Shown here: positions 10,678 to 23,142 of the stretch, in pieces
Layout of the letters: every line of letters begins with the position of its first letter
Position numbering within the stretch: the stretch's first letter is position 1
Source: an uncultured archaeon
Lineage (GTDB): Archaea; Thermoproteota; Bathyarchaeia; Bathyarchaeales; Bathycorpusculaceae
DNA: 64,000 bases
Direction of reading: 5' to 3'
Assembly: GCA_963782915.1 (NCBI GenBank)
Contig: CAWALK010000011.1
Location: forward strand, 96,001 to 160,000
The notes under the pieces: model-generated
What the model was told of the DNA's origin: nothing
Seen by the model: the letters and a program-made list of their open reading frames with translations, nothing else
Database searches by the model: none
Translations under genes and position numbers: made by a program

Positions 10678-11292
10678 CTATTGCTCCAAAGTGAGGGGGA
10701 TGTCTCCGATGGTTATGGTGTCGGGGTAATCTACGGTTATGCCGTTTACGGCGATTGATGTGTTGATTAATTCGACGCTGATTGAGGTTGCGCCGGAGTA
10801 GTTTTGGATGAAGTAGTCTTCGGCGTTCTGTGTCCAGGAACCCACGATTGTGACTCTGGAGGTTTCGCCTGAAACCAGCGTGACGGGTTGGTTCAGGTTA
10901 ACTGTTACTAGTTGGTAGTGGTCAGAGGTGGTTCTGACTTGGGTTGTTAGGGTGTTTAATGTAAAGTTGTACTTGACGTTGTTTGTTATGTCTGCAACTA
11001 CGGTGAAGGTGTTGGCGTCGTTATCGATGGTGGCGCTTACAAAAGTTGGGACAATCAATTCATTAATGAAGGAGTCGTCGCCGCCATTTATGCTATAGTT
11101 TCCCTCGACACTGTAATCGCCGTTGACTTGGAAATTGCTGGTGTCACCGTTGATTATTTGGTTGATTTCTGGAGGTATGACGAGTTGTGTTAAGTCGTTT
11201 TGGTAGATTACAACTACTGCACCCACGGGTGCTGCAACTAATATGATGCTGAGTAATGTTAAGAGAACGCCAACTATTTGCATGTTAACCAA
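10678..11292 (-). CDS. Hypothetical membrane-anchored beta-rich protein
   Basis: N-terminal TM helix; Asn/Thr-rich exported domain with N-x-S/T sites. Confidence 0.7.
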   Translation of the reverse strand: MVNMQIVGVLLTLLSIILVAAPVGAVVVIYQNDLTQLVIPPEINQIINGDTSNFQVNGDYSVEGNYSINGGDDSFINELIVPTFVSATIDNDANTFTVVADITNNVKYNFTLNTLTTQVRTTSDHYQLVTVNLNQPVTLVSGETSRVTIVGSWTQNAEDYFIQNYSGATSISVELINTSIAVNGITVDYPDTITIGDIPLTLEQ

Positions 11293-11465
11293 TCCTGAAT
11301 AGGTGTATGCGGGTAGTTTGGCTTAAGGTTTACTATTCATTTTCTGAGTGCCAAGTTTGCGCCGCCTTAAACCTAAAAGGGCAACCACTCAAAATACTAT
11401 AAAACATTTTAAAATAAGGAAAAATGGCTATCTACAAAAACCCAAAAGGGAAAACGGTAGAAAAA

Positions 11466-11801
11466 TTATGGCTGAGAAGGTTTTTGCTTCTCTTGCAACT
11501 GCTCAGGCAATGCTTCTGTCTTGCGTTTCCTAAACAGAATAAACACATGACCGCGAACCTCAACCAACGCTGACTCAGTTTCCTTTGCCGCTTTAGCCGC
11601 AATAGCTTCAGCTGTATTCAACTCCACCAGCGCAGCCGGCAATATCCTAACCTTTACCATCTTGTTTTTCTGAAGCTGCTTCTCAATCTCACCTAAAGAT
11701 TGAGTTGTTAAGCCGTCTTTACCAACCCAAATTGTAGGGTTCTCATCTTTCATGACGTGCCTAACGTGGCGCTTCATTCGTGTAGTTATCTTGATACTCA
11801 A
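11466..11801 (-). CDS. YhbY/CRM-domain RNA-binding protein
   Basis: PTIWVGKDGLT...QLQKNKMVKVRIL...VEVRGHVFILFR. Confidence 0.9.
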   Translation of the reverse strand: MSIKITTRMKRHVRHVMKDENPTIWVGKDGLTTQSLGEIEKQLQKNKMVKVRILPAALVELNTAEAIAAKAAKETESALVEVRGHVFILFRKRKTEALPEQLQEKQKPSQP

Positions 11802-12123
11802 TTGTATTTTGCACCTTTTTCTTTAACATATAACGGGTTTGTTTTCCGCAGTTTAAACATGTTACTGTGACGTGAGGCTCCCTTTTCTGTTTTACCCTAA
11901 CACGGCAGTTAACTCCATGCACAAACAGCACATTGCAGTCCTTGCAGGTTTCGCGTCGAAACTCGATGGGCAAACGGATTTTAGCTGCCATAGCAATACG
12001 CCGTGCAGACCCAATATATTCCGCGGCCAACTTGGGATTAGCTTTAACCACCAATTTGGCTTGCTCAAAGAGTATCTCTATGCGTTGCTTAGCAATCTGC
12101 TTAATGCTGGTCTGTTTCATCAT
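11761..12123 (-). CDS. rnp4: RNase P protein component Rpp21
   Basis: IAKQRIEILF, CKDC and CLNCG zinc ribbon. Confidence 0.92.
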   Translation of the reverse strand: MMKQTSIKQIAKQRIEILFEQAKLVVKANPKLAAEYIGSARRIAMAAKIRLPIEFRRETCKDCNVLFVHGVNCRVRVKQKREPHVTVTCLNCGKQTRYMLKKKVQNTIEYQDNYTNEAPR

Positions 12124-12174
12124 TGTTTAAACAATGCAAAAAGATGGGTTCGCTTACATAATACTTGCGCTCAA

Positions 12175-13075
12175 CTACGCCTGTTTTTGCGACAACTCAT
12201 CTTTTAACCGCAGAAGCGCCCTATCTAAGGTGAGCGGTTTGCAGTTTAGAGTTCGCTGAGCCAGTGAAGTATCAAGCGAGGAATCCATCGGGCGCTTAGC
12301 GGGCAAGGTGAACTGGGCAGATGTGACCTTATCAATCAAACTCTTATCTAAGTCAAATGCGTCAGCGATTTTGGTTGCAAACTCAAAACGGCTAACCCGA
12401 GTAGCACCACAAGTATGGTAAACACCAGTTCAAGCGGCGCTCAATAACTTCCAAGGTCATCTCAGCCAAATTAGTATTCAACGTAGGCGTATTCCATTGG
12501 TCCGTAATGATTTTAACGCGTTCGCCCTTGCGCAGGGTTTCGATTAGCCAGAGAGCAAAATTTACTTTCCCAGCCGCAGGAGTCGAACCATAAATCACGC
12601 TGGGCCGACCGATGAAAAAATCCGATTCAGCCATGTTCTGCATAACGACTGTTTCAGCTTCGAGCTTTGTGATTCCATAGTAGTTGATGGGTTCAGGCGA
12701 GTCTGATTCTACATAGCAGCCTTTTTCGCCGCTAAACACGTAATCGGTTGAAATGTAAACAAGAAATGACCCCGCATTTTTTGAGGCTTCAACGATGTTT
12801 TTTGTGCCCTCAACGTTAACTCTCCAAGCAAGCTCTTTGTTCATCTCACATTTATCCACATCTGTGAGAGTCGCCGCATGAACCACAACATCGGGTTTTA
12901 TTGTGCGGAATGCTTCGTCAACCTGTGCTTTACCGGCAATATCCAATTTAACAAAGTTGCCATAAATCGATAAGCCTTGGATGTCGGAAGAGTAAACCTC
13001 GATGCCCCTATCTAACGCATATTTGGCAAGCTTTGACCCATAAAGGCCACTTGCACCCGTGATGAGAAGCTTCAA
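12175..13075 (-). CDS. rfbD: dTDP-4-dehydrorhamnose reductase (frameshift near 12430)
   Basis: ITGASGLYG, YISTDYVFSG, YYGITKLEAE; C-terminus continues SRFEFA...AKRPMDSSLD in another frame. Confidence 0.9.
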
Positions 13076-14076
13076 TGAGTACCCAACTTCCAAGGTGTAG
13101 GATGCAAAATCACGTCAGTCGCAAAGGGCGTCCACCAATGCTCATTATTTAGATACCACTGCACCGTTGACTCCAATGCCTCTTCGAAGCTGGCTTTAGG
13201 AGCCCAACCCAACTCACTACGCAACTTAGTTGAATCTAAACTGTAGCGGGTATCATGCCCCGGCCTGTCCTCAACAAACGTAATCAAATCCTCAGGCTTC
13301 TTCAGTAATCCAATGATTTTTTTAACGATATCTATGTTAGTTTTTTCGTTGCCTGCTGAGACATTATAGATTTCGCCGGGTTTGCCCTTCTCAAGCACGG
13401 TATGTATTGCTTCACAGTGGTCGGCAACGTATATCCAGTCACGGATGTTTGTGCCTTTGCCATAGATGGGAATGGGCAAATCACGCAGGCCACGAATAAC
13501 AGTTTTAGGAATTAGTTTTTCAGGAAGTTGATAGGGCCCAAAATTGTTAGTGCAGCGGGTAATGGAGACGTTTAATCCAAACGTTCTGTGGTAGGATAAC
13601 ACGAACATGTCGGCTGCTGCTTTAGATGCAGAGTAAGGATTAGATGGTCTAGGGGGGGTTTCTTCTGTAAAGGAGCCTTCTATTGCTTCGCCGTAGACTT
13701 CGTCGGTGGAAACCTGCAAGAGGCGGGCTTTGTGGTTGTGTCTGCGTATGGCTTCTAGAATTGTGAAGGTGCCCAAGGTGTTGTTCTGCAGAAACACGTT
13801 AGGGTCGGCGATGCTTCGATCCACATGTGTTTCTGCGGCTATGTTTACGACTGCATCCACTTGATGAATCAGCCTGTTCATCAGTTGGGGGTTGCAGATG
13901 TCGCCTTTGATGAAGGTATAGCGTTTATCATTCTCAATATCATGCAGATTAGCCGGGTTAGCACCAATGCCTACTTTGTCAACGTTAATCAATTCATAGT
14001 CAGGGTGCTTTGCAAGAATAAACCTGCAAAAGTTGCTTCCGATGAAACCTAAACCGCCAGTAACTAACACTTTCAT
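13072..14076 (-). CDS. rfbB: dTDP-glucose 4,6-dehydratase
   Basis: VTGGLGFIGSNF, AAETHVDRSI, STDEVYG, PYSASKA, DRPGHD. Confidence 0.96.
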   Translation of the reverse strand: MKVLVTGGLGFIGSNFCRFILAKHPDYELINVDKVGIGANPANLHDIENDKRYTFIKGDICNPQLMNRLIHQVDAVVNIAAETHVDRSIADPNVFLQNNTLGTFTILEAIRRHNHKARLLQVSTDEVYGEAIEGSFTEETPPRPSNPYSASKAAADMFVLSYHRTFGLNVSITRCTNNFGPYQLPEKLIPKTVIRGLRDLPIPIYGKGTNIRDWIYVADHCEAIHTVLEKGKPGEIYNVSAGNEKTNIDIVKKIIGLLKKPEDLITFVEDRPGHDTRYSLDSTKLRSELGWAPKASFEEALESTVQWYLNNEHWWTPFATDVILHPTPWKLGTH

Positions 14077-14086
14077 ACTTTATCAC

Positions 14087-14594
14087 TCATTTATGGGGTG
14101 GATAATTCCAATCCCAAACTTGATTAATACGCCAATCATTTTTTCTGCCATTAATTATTCGTGGAATGAGTGTTGGATCATCCCATGCACGACGTTCCTC
14201 ATCAGGGTCCTCTGGGTTATAGAGGTTTGTTGTGAAATATAAGCAGCATCGCAGGTTCGTTGCCTACTGCTTTGAATCCATGCCAGTAATGCCCAGGCAT
14301 GCGTACGACCTGCAAATCTGAACCACTAGAAACCACTTCATTTAGTTCAGCGGTTCTATCGTCGAATGCACAGATTTTAATCGTGCCCTTAAGGGCTAAG
14401 AAATAATCCACTTGTCCCCGAAGGTGACGATGCCAAGCGCGGATAACATCAGGATAAGTAAACGAATGATTAGCCTGCGCAATCTTGTCTTCTCCAAAGA
14501 GGTCCATCCAGTCAGTACGCATGACTTCACAGAAGAAGCCTCTATCGTCGACAAAACGTTTTATCGGTTTAACTTTTATTCCATCCAACATCAA
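14087..14594 (-). CDS. rfbC: dTDP-4-dehydrorhamnose 3,5-epimerase (frameshift near 14240)
   Basis: DDRGFFCE, RAWHRH, PGHYWHGFK cupin motifs. Confidence 0.9.
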
Positions 14595-14654
14595 GTTATC
14601 CTGCCTGCTGTCAAATATTATTTAAAATATTTATAATATTCCCCAATTTAGCTC

Positions 14655-15713
14655 TTATACTTCAAGCTCCGAGTAATCGCCAACATGCAACTTTATAGTT
14701 CTGTTGCGTGGGTTACGGGATACCTTAGCGTTTTTGCCGATTAAACTATCCTCAAGCCGCTCAATATCCTTAATTGTAACGCAGTCTTGAACAACGCAGT
14801 ATTCAATGTTGGAGTTGCAGACTTTGGAGCCATTTCCAATGCTTGTATAGGGTCCAACAAAGGAGTTCTCAATCAAGACATTCTTGCCAATCACACATGG
14901 ACCTCTAATGGTGCTGTTTATGATTTGTGCTTCAGCCTCCACTTTAACTCGTCCATCCAATGTGCTGTTAGTAACCGTGCCTTTAACATCATATTGAATG
15001 TATTCGTCAAGGATTCTGGCGTTGGCAGATAGGATGTCGTCTTTTTTGCCTGTATCCAGCCACCAGGAGTTGAGGATTTCAGCTTTAACAGTGAAGCCCA
15101 TGTTAATCATTTCTTGGATTGCATCGGTTATTTCAAGTTCTCCACGCCAGGAGGGCTTAATTCGCTCGATAGCCTCATGAACTTTGTTAGAGAACAAATA
15201 TGTGCCGATTATAGCGAGGTTACCCATGGGTGTCTTTGGCTTCTCTACAAGCCGTATGATGTTGCCTTTTTCATCAAGCTGAGCAATACCAAAGGCGGAT
15301 GGATTATCAACCTCTTTTAGGATAATAAGCGCATCAAGATGCTCATTTTCAAACTTCTTAACAAACGCGTCAAGTCCTTGGCCGACCACGTTGTCGCCTA
15401 AACACATAACAAAAGAATCTTGCCCCAAAAACTTTTTAGCAGTTTTAACTGCATGCGCCAAACCCAATGGTTCCTGGGGAATATAACAAACATTCATGTT
15501 CCAATTTGAACCGTCGCCGACATATTCTTCGACGAAGTGTCCTGTCTCATGAGCGGTTATGATACCTACATTTTTTATGGTTGTTGCTGCGACTTGGTCT
15601 AGAACGTATCCTAGGACGGGTTTGTTTGCTACTGGTATGAGTTGTTTTGCGCAGGTGAAAGTTAAGGGTCTTAGCCGTGTTCCTTTACCGCCGCTGAGTA
15701 CAAGCGCTTTCAT
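14655..15713 (-). CDS. rfbA: Glucose-1-phosphate thymidylyltransferase, long form
   Basis: LSGGKGTRLRPLT, KQLIPVANKP, RGELEITDAIQ, WWLDTGK; C-terminal hexapeptide repeats. Confidence 0.94.
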   Translation of the reverse strand: MKALVLSGGKGTRLRPLTFTCAKQLIPVANKPVLGYVLDQVAATTIKNVGIITAHETGHFVEEYVGDGSNWNMNVCYIPQEPLGLAHAVKTAKKFLGQDSFVMCLGDNVVGQGLDAFVKKFENEHLDALIILKEVDNPSAFGIAQLDEKGNIIRLVEKPKTPMGNLAIIGTYLFSNKVHEAIERIKPSWRGELEITDAIQEMINMGFTVKAEILNSWWLDTGKKDDILSANARILDEYIQYDVKGTVTNSTLDGRVKVEAEAQIINSTIRGPCVIGKNVLIENSFVGPYTSIGNGSKVCNSNIEYCVVQDCVTIKDIERLEDSLIGKNAKVSRNPRNRTIKLHVGDYSELEV

Positions 15714-15844
15714 AGTTATCCCATACTTTAGTGGTAGTGACTTAGTATTATCGTTTATCCCACGCGTAGAATGTTAGTGAATAATTGTTGTAGCGTAACT
15801 ACAGTCACATAATTGTATTAACTCTTCAAACAATAACTTTTGTC

Positions 15845-16060
15845 ATGCGCTCCCCCGCCATTAAAGGTGAGATTATGAAAAAAACCTTTTTTATGCCTAG
15901 TTTAGCAAACAGAAAAGGGAAATGCAAATTCACCCGATCATGCGGTCTATACTCAAACGCAAGTTATACCTGCACGCATACGGGTGGAAGTTACTGCGGT
16001 AAATACAGAAAACTCAGTCGACAAATTGAGACCGAATGCGAAGTCAAACAAGACCTTTGA
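15845..16060 (+). CDS. Small Cys-rich hypothetical protein
   Basis: CKFTRSC...YTCTHTGGSYCGKYR; aggtga upstream of the second ATG. Confidence 0.5.
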   Translation: MRSPAIKGEIMKKTFFMPSLANRKGKCKFTRSCGLYSNASYTCTHTGGSYCGKYRKLSRQIETECEVKQDL

Positions 16061-16109
16061 TAGAAATTCCCATATAACTTATGTTTTAACTTTTTTTCGA
16101 TTCATTTTG

Positions 16110-17688
16110 TTATTTAGATTTAGGCATTAATTTCTCAAGCAAGTTAAGAATAGCAGTTAAGGGTTTACGTAATGGACCTAGGCCGCCTACAATCTCGCGT
16201 ACATTGGCTAAGTCGTTTCTGTTTATGGTTCTTGTAACTATTATTGCAAGCAAGAATATGATTACAAATGCAACTACGCCGATGATTAAGCGTATTGGGC
16301 TGCTAAATGGCACCCAAGATACGACAAGATACGTTAAAACGCCGGCTATTGCTGAGGAGATTAAGATTTTTGCGGATGCAACCCAATCCAGTGATACGCC
16401 ATAGCGTTTCTTTATGAAGGCTATGCTCCATAGTAAACTTGGGACGCCGACAATTATTGTTGTGACGATTAATCCTATGATGCCGAATTGTGAAGTTAGG
16501 ATAAAGCTTAAGGGAAAGCCTATGGCGACAGGTTAGGATGGCGAGTTTTAGGTTGAATTTTGTGTCTCCTTGACTGTTGATTAGGTTGCCAGTGCTGAGG
16601 TTTCCGAGGGCTGAGAATAAGTAAGTAATCGATAGTAAGGCAAGGAATAGTGGTGCTTGGGTGTAATCGGTCTTTGAATATGGTGCTGATTGCTGGTTGA
16701 GCTAGCGCCATGATCATTACTGAGACGGGTACGACTAAGAGCGCTGCGTACTTGACTGAGTATTGGAAAACGCTTTTGAGGACTGGTTGCGTCTTTTCGG
16801 TAATCGAGTTTTGAGAAGGCTGGTAGCAGCATTGTTGTTACGGGTGTGGCGAAGAATGTTATGAGGACTACGAAGTTTGTGGCGACTGAGTAGTTGCCGA
16901 TTATGCTGTTTTCGGTGATAAAGATTGCCATGATGTAGCCGTAGAATTGGGTTAGAAAGCCGGTTATGATGGCGCCGATGGATATGGGTAAGCCGTATTT
17001 TAGCATGGTTTTTATGGTTTTTATTATTGGGAGTTTGCCGTCTGTGGATTTTGGTAGGGATCGGTACATTGTGTATACGAGTAGGATGCCGGTTATGCCT
17101 GCTACTATGAGGGCGATGGAGAATCCGGTTACTGCGCCTAGGGTTCCTAAGCCTAGTAAGTACGAGGCCGATTATTAGGCCTGTTTTTACTATGGATTGG
17201 ATTATGAGCATGATGCTGTTTAGGTGCATTCTTTCTAGGCCTGTGAAGGCGGCGGATGCAGTGTTGACGAGTGCGCCTGTTAGTATGAATAGGGATGTTA
17301 TTTGGATGAGTTGGGCTATTTCTGGGCGTTGGAAGATGTCTGCTAGGAAGCCGGAGATGGCTATGGAGAAGAGGGTTAGGGCGAGTCCGAGGATTAGTTC
17401 GAAGGCTAAGCCGGAGACGAGTATGCTTCTGATTTTTTCTGTGTCGTTTTGGTGGTTGTATTGGGCGCTGTATTTGACCATGGCTGTGGTGATGCCCCAG
17501 TCTCTGAAGGTGGCGATGAGGTTGGGTGCGCCTATGGCGATTGTGTAGAGGCCCATGTTGTCTGCGCCTAGGAATATTGCGATGAGGATGGTGCCGATGG
17601 ATGAGATGACTGTGGATAGGACGAGTCCCCAGAGTAGGTGGAAGCCGCCTTTTGCTGATACTTTGGCCATTTCGGATGCGTTTGCCAT
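16110..17688 (-). CDS. Wzx/MOP-family polysaccharide flippase (several frameshifts)
   Basis: Consecutive hydrophobic fragments 16735..17688, 16581..17069 and 16110..16313; LGADNMGLY, DWGITTAMVKY, LLPAFSKL. Confidence 0.85.
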
Positions 17689-17806
17689 GGTCTTTCTTCT
17701 TTGTTGTTTTATTTGTTGGTGGTGTGGTGGTGTTTATCGGTTGTGGTTTGGGTGTGTTGTTTGGTGGGTGTGGGGGGTCGGTTAGGTTTTGGGGTGTGGT
17801 TTTTGT

Positions 17807-17967
17807 TTTGTGTGGTTGTGGGTGGCGTAGGTTTCTGCAGTTTGGGTTGTGTTTTGGGTTGCTTTTTTGGTTTGGGGCTTTTTTGTTTGGTTATTTGGTT
17901 GTGGGAGGCATTATTTTTTGCCACAAGTATGTTGGTTTGGTTGTGTGTGGTTGTGGGTGTATGTTGG
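17807..17967 (+). repeat. Dispersed G/T-rich repeat, copy B
   Basis: Inverted copy of 6986-7148, embedded in a G/T-only low-complexity tract at 17700-18000. Confidence 0.8.
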
Positions 17968-18062
17968 GTTTGTTATTTTTGGGTGTAGAGTATTTGGCGG
18001 TTGGACTTGGTTTGCTCTAATTGTGGGCTAAATAGTAGTGGGGTAAATGGAAAGTAGGTGAG

Positions 18063-18524
<462 letters not shown>

Positions 18525-19116
18525 GTGACGTAATGATCTGTTTCTACAAAATGACGAATATTGAAGTGCCTAAGTATCATATTAACAAAGTTCCTAGGAA
18601 ACAGCTCAAAGAAAGAATGCTAGACGTTATTAAAGGAAAAAAAAGATTAAAAATATCACCGATAGACCGAAGAAAATATCAATGAAAAGAAAGCCAAGCT
18701 TCAAATGAAATGAAGTATATAAAAAAAGAAAAGAAACTCGAAAAAAAAAAAAAATAAATGAGCAAATAAAAGAAAGCTAAGAAATAAATCAACCTATTAA
18801 CAACTTACCGAGGAAATATACAAATTCGAAACACTTCTCCAAAAAGAAAGCAAAGAATACATCATACTGATAAGCATACGAGAAGACCGGGATAGCAGAT
18901 AAAAAAAGAAGTAATACCATATTCGAAATAAAATCCATCAAGCACATGAGGATTTAGGGCTAATAAAAAAATAGCGCCCGCCATCACCGCTTTAACTCTA
19001 AAAGGCGTTGAATAGTTTGCAAAGGTTTTCGCTTGTTCGATAGTTGCCGTTTGTGAGTGTTTGTCGGAAAAAAAAGCAGTATATTCTGTTTTTATTCCAT
19101 GTTGATATTGCCGTTA

Positions 19117-19597
19117 TCATCTATTCGGGCTACTTCCCAAGTGTATTTGTAAGTAGTCAACTGCTTTTTTGATTTGTTTTCTGATTGGAGAGAGCGTTGC
19201 GCATTGTTCTCTGGCTAAGAGAAGTATCTCGCTGATTTCCTCTTCGTTTGCCATACCGTTGAATGCGATGAAGTCAATTGGATTGAAAATAGGTTTGATG
19301 TCGAAGGGATTGATTTTTAGCTTCTTTAGCGAGGGGCATATTACTTTGTAGAATGCCCTTTCAGCTTCTTTACGGCCTTTTTCTACAGCTTCTTGCCTTA
19401 GTTTCTGTGCTTTTTCTTGAAACTCTTTTTCCTTGGCGGCTAGTTTTTTGTGATTCATTGTCGTATTCGTCGAGCCAAGTTTTTTCGGCTTTAGCTTTTG
19501 ATTTTAAGCGTAAGTCTGAGACTCTTTTTATTTCGCCGCAACAGGGGCAAATTACGAGTACTTTTCTGAAGAGTTGGTATTCTTCAAAGGCGCTCAT
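19117..19597 (-). CDS. Holliday-junction-resolvase-like PD-(D/E)xK endonuclease (frameshifted)
   Basis: CPCCG N-terminus, coiled coil, IFNPIDFIAFNGM motif. Confidence 0.75.
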
Positions 19598-20077
19598 TTA
19601 TTTGAACACTCCATACGATACTTTGTGGTCTTGGATTGCGTCTCGGATGGATTTCTGGTGACCGTTTAGTCGTGCTGCTCCGCTTTTGACTTCAACGAAG
19701 CTTAAGGAATCCACTTTTCCGTTTGATAAGCCGTTGAATATTAGCATGTCTATGGGGTCACCTAATACTTTGGTGTCCGGTACAATCCATTTGAAGTCTT
19801 TTGCTACTGGCAAGACTTTTTCTAAGTTTTTACCAATGTTTACGGCGGTAGCTGTTTTTTGGGCTTTTTCAGTTGCTAACTTAAAGTTTTTTTCTAATTC
19901 TTTAGCTCGGTCAGTAATTGATTGTTTAAGTTCTTCTTGTTTTTTCAAGGCTTCTTTTGGAAAGGGTTTAGTTCCGTCAAAAAGGATAGCGTCGGCTATT
20001 CTGAATTCTTCGCCACAAGGGCATTCAGCAAAAAGTTCAGAAGCTTTTAGATTTTTCATTAATTCACTAGTTTTCAT
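19598..20077 (-). CDS. Holliday-junction-resolvase-like endonuclease (Endonuc_Holl type)
   Basis: ECPCG, LGDPIDMLIFNGL, FVEVKSGAARLNGHQKSIRDAI. Confidence 0.85.
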   Translation of the reverse strand: MKTSELMKNLKASELFAECPCGEEFRIADAILFDGTKPFPKEALKKQEELKQSITDRAKELEKNFKLATEKAQKTATAVNIGKNLEKVLPVAKDFKWIVPDTKVLGDPIDMLIFNGLSNGKVDSLSFVEVKSGAARLNGHQKSIRDAIQDHKVSYGVFK

Positions 20078-20403
20078 TGCTTGCTTCCCTGATTGGAGCT
20101 ATCTTGGTGGGTTTAGTTTTAAAATTATTGGTAATCCGCTTGTATGAACCAGATCGCTCAGAAATTAGATAGCCAACCCCGTAATTGCTTAAGTGTTAAA
20201 TATAACTAGCCGTCGAAGGCGGTTGTTGGGTGAGAAGCGCCTGTGAGGTGCTAAATTCTGTTTTAGGTTGTAGGTAAATTTTAACACTATTCCAGTGTAG
20301 GATTTAGTGCTTTAGAATGAATAGACTCACCCGTAATCCGTTCAGAAATCAAATAGCCGACTCCGCAATCCCTGCTTTAGTGAGCATTGAGTACATTTTA
20401 GAA

Positions 20404-21846
20404 CTATTTTTTTACTACAATTTGCGGATAACGACAAGCCTTCATAAGATATTCATCAATATACCTTGCGGCTTTTCTCCCTGAACCCATAGCGCTAATA
20501 ACAGTAGCTTCACCGGTCGCAATATCGCCGCCTGCATATATCCCCGTGTGACTTGTTTGAGTTGTTTCATCTTCAGTTATTATGATTCCCCCATCTTTAA
20601 CACCAATACCCTTTGTGAAGCCTTGAACTATAGAGTTAGGCTTTCTTCCGATAGCAACTGCTACAAAATCCACGTCAATAATTTTTTCAGAACTTTCAAC
20701 TGGAATCGGTTTTCGCCGCCCAGAACTATCAGGTTCGCCAAGCGTCATTTGGACGTATTCCATATGTTTAACATGCCCCTCTTCATCAGCAATAAATCGT
20801 GTAGGTAGACTCAAAAATTTGAAGTCTATCCCCTCTTCTTCTGCATTTTCAATTTCTTCCTTTCTTGCAGGTAATTCATCACGAGAGCGACGATAAAAAA
20901 TTGAAACTTTTTCAGTTCCTAATCTTAGAGCCATTCTAGCCGCATCAATAGCCACATTGCCTCCACCTATAACCACCGCCTTCTTTCCCACCGCGATTGT
21001 TTTAAATTCTTGACAGTTATAAAAAAGATCAAGATTCACATACATGAGAAAATCATTTGCGGGATAAATACCTCTAAGATTTTCTCCAGGTATTCCCAGA
21101 GTTTGCGGTATTCCTGCACCTGCTCCTATAAAAACTGCGTCAAATCCCTCTTTAATTAGCGTTTCCGCAGCTGAGATTTTTGCTATCTGTAGATTTGTGT
21201 AAATTTTAACGCCTAAATCTTGGATTCTCTTAACTTCTCTTTTTATGATATACTTAGGTAATCTAAATTCAGGTATTCCATAAGCAAGAACGCCACCAGC
21301 GACAGGTAGGGCTTCAAAAATGACTACTTCATGACCAAATTTTGCTAAATTTGCTGCAACTGTTAGTCCAGATGGTCCTGATCCAATTATGGCTACTTTT
21401 TTTCCTGTGGATAGTGCAGGTCTTATCGAATAATTATCTATCTGTTTATCAGCTTCTAAATCGGCTACAAATCTTTCGAGTCTGCCAATCTGAACTGCAC
21501 AGCTTTTTTTTGCCATTAGACAAGACTTTTGTCATTGTTCTTCTTAAGGACAGATACGGCAACTAATAATCGGAAAACTGCTCTTTTCTTTAATTTTTTT
21601 TAGGGCTTGGTCATATTTTTTTTCTTTGACTAACCTGATAAATCCAGGAACGTTGATACCAACAGGGCAGCCTTTTGAACACTGAGGATTAGAACAAAGA
21701 AGACATCTTGAAGCTTCCTTTTGGGCTTGCTGTTCCGAGTAGCCCAAAGCAACTTCTTCAAAATTACAGATTCTTTTCTGAGCCTGCTGTTTTGGCATAT
21801 CGATGCTATGCCAACGGTCTTGAGCTGCTTTATTCTCTATACTCAT
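20404..21846 (-). CDS. GltD/NfnB/SudA-like NADPH-dependent Fe-S flavoprotein (frameshift near 21530)
   Basis: EASRCLLCSNPQCSKGCPVGINVPGFI, IIGSGPSGL, YGIPEFRLPK, VIGGGNVAIDAAR, YAGGDI. Confidence 0.9.
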
Positions 21847-22262
21847 CCCTAATTTTTTACTCCCAGAGTTTTAGGGTATACTAGTGGTTAAGTTATCATT
21901 ACAATAAAGATTTTTCTATTATTAACTTAATTAGCATGCCATTTTTAAATACGGAGTTTCTTAAAAACCTGAAAAGATGTTTTTTCCTAAGGCTGAGACG
22001 GCGACTTTATTTAAAATACTTTGCCAATTATAAAAAGTTGAATTACCGTTTTAAGGGTGTGATAACTGGTAAGGAAACGGTTTAGGTTCCATGTTAGCCG
22101 TCGCATACAGCAAGCGCAATACTCTAAGAACATCGTCAATTGCCTGGAAAAGGTAAACGGTTTACCGCTCTAAATGGCGCTAGTTATTCGGATAAGATAA
22201 GCGATTAATAAAAAAATTAAGGGAAGCCGCCAAAATGTGGCGCTTCTATTGGATTGGTTAAT

Positions 22263-22388
22263 TTAGGAATCGATTAAGTGTGCTGTGCCGTCGGGGCAGA
22301 AGACTTTGTCGCCTAAATTTGCTTTGCCAAAACGTCGCTTGCATTCAGACATCATTTGAGAGCAGCCATCACAATCTCGTGATAACAT
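22263..22388 (-). CDS. Cys/His microprotein, 41 aa
   Basis: Manual translation MLSRDCDGCSQMMSECKRRFGKANLGDKVFCPDGTAHLIDS; gaggtg upstream. Confidence 0.55.
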   Translation of the reverse strand: MLSRDCDGCSQMMSECKRRFGKANLGDKVFCPDGTAHLIDS

Positions 22389-22800
22389 TTTATTTCTAAA
22401 CACCTCTCTATTTATTAAATCTTGCATATGTGAAGGCCAAAGAAATAAAGCTTCTGACTTTTTTCCAAAAAAGTACCCGATGCTTTAGCGTTCACCAGAA
22501 TTATATATTACCTTTAACAATCATCACGGGGGAAAAATATGGGAAGATTGAGAGGCTTATCCATAAGAATAAATGGGTTTTTTTACAAATGCGAATACAC
22601 AAAGAAATGTGATAAAACAACAATACAGTGCTCACATGGCGGCAATAGCTATTGTGGAGAATACCACAGAAAAGTAATAAGCAGTTAATGCTAACGAGAT
22701 GGATGAAAAAACTTCAAACGCTACTATCATGCAATAGCAGCTTCTGTTATAGTGTTGATGAGGAATTACCCACAGCGTTCTAGGTACACATGAAGGCCGT

Positions 22801-23142
22801 TCAGATGCCAGGTCCTTCGAGCAAATCTTTGATTTGAGCGTAAACCTCAAGAAACTGGTATCCTTTTGTTGTTATTATATACTTACCGTTCTTTTTATCA
22901 AGTAAACCCTGTCTTGTTAGGGGCGTCATCATTTTTTTTAGTTGGGAATAATTGAGGTTAGCGTTATACATAATGCTGGTTTGGGTTTTTTGCTCCCTGC
23001 AGAAAAGCAAGATTTCACCCATAACGTCGAGTTGTCCCCTTCTTGCGCCTTTAGAGAAATTCCAGCCTATTTCATGTTTCAGAAGCATATGAGTGAGCGC
23101 GCCTGAATTAAACTCTGAATTTCTCTGTTGAATAATTGTCAA
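22801..23142 (-). CDS. Archaeal winged-helix transcription regulator (HTH_45 type)
   Basis: RRGQLDVMGEILLFC...TSIMYNANLNYSQLKK...YIITTKGYQFL. Confidence 0.85.
   Translation of the reverse strand: MTIIQQRNSEFNSGALTHMLLKHEIGWNFSKGARRGQLDVMGEILLFCREQKTQTSIMYNANLNYSQLKKMMTPLTRQGLLDKKNGKYIITTKGYQFLEVYAQIKDLLEGPGI

Noticed and set aside
17652-18031. Overlapping hydrophobic Val/Gly/Cys/Trp ORFs (also 6679..7147)
   Set aside because: Products of G/T low-complexity repeat sequence; the shared peptide switches frames between copies
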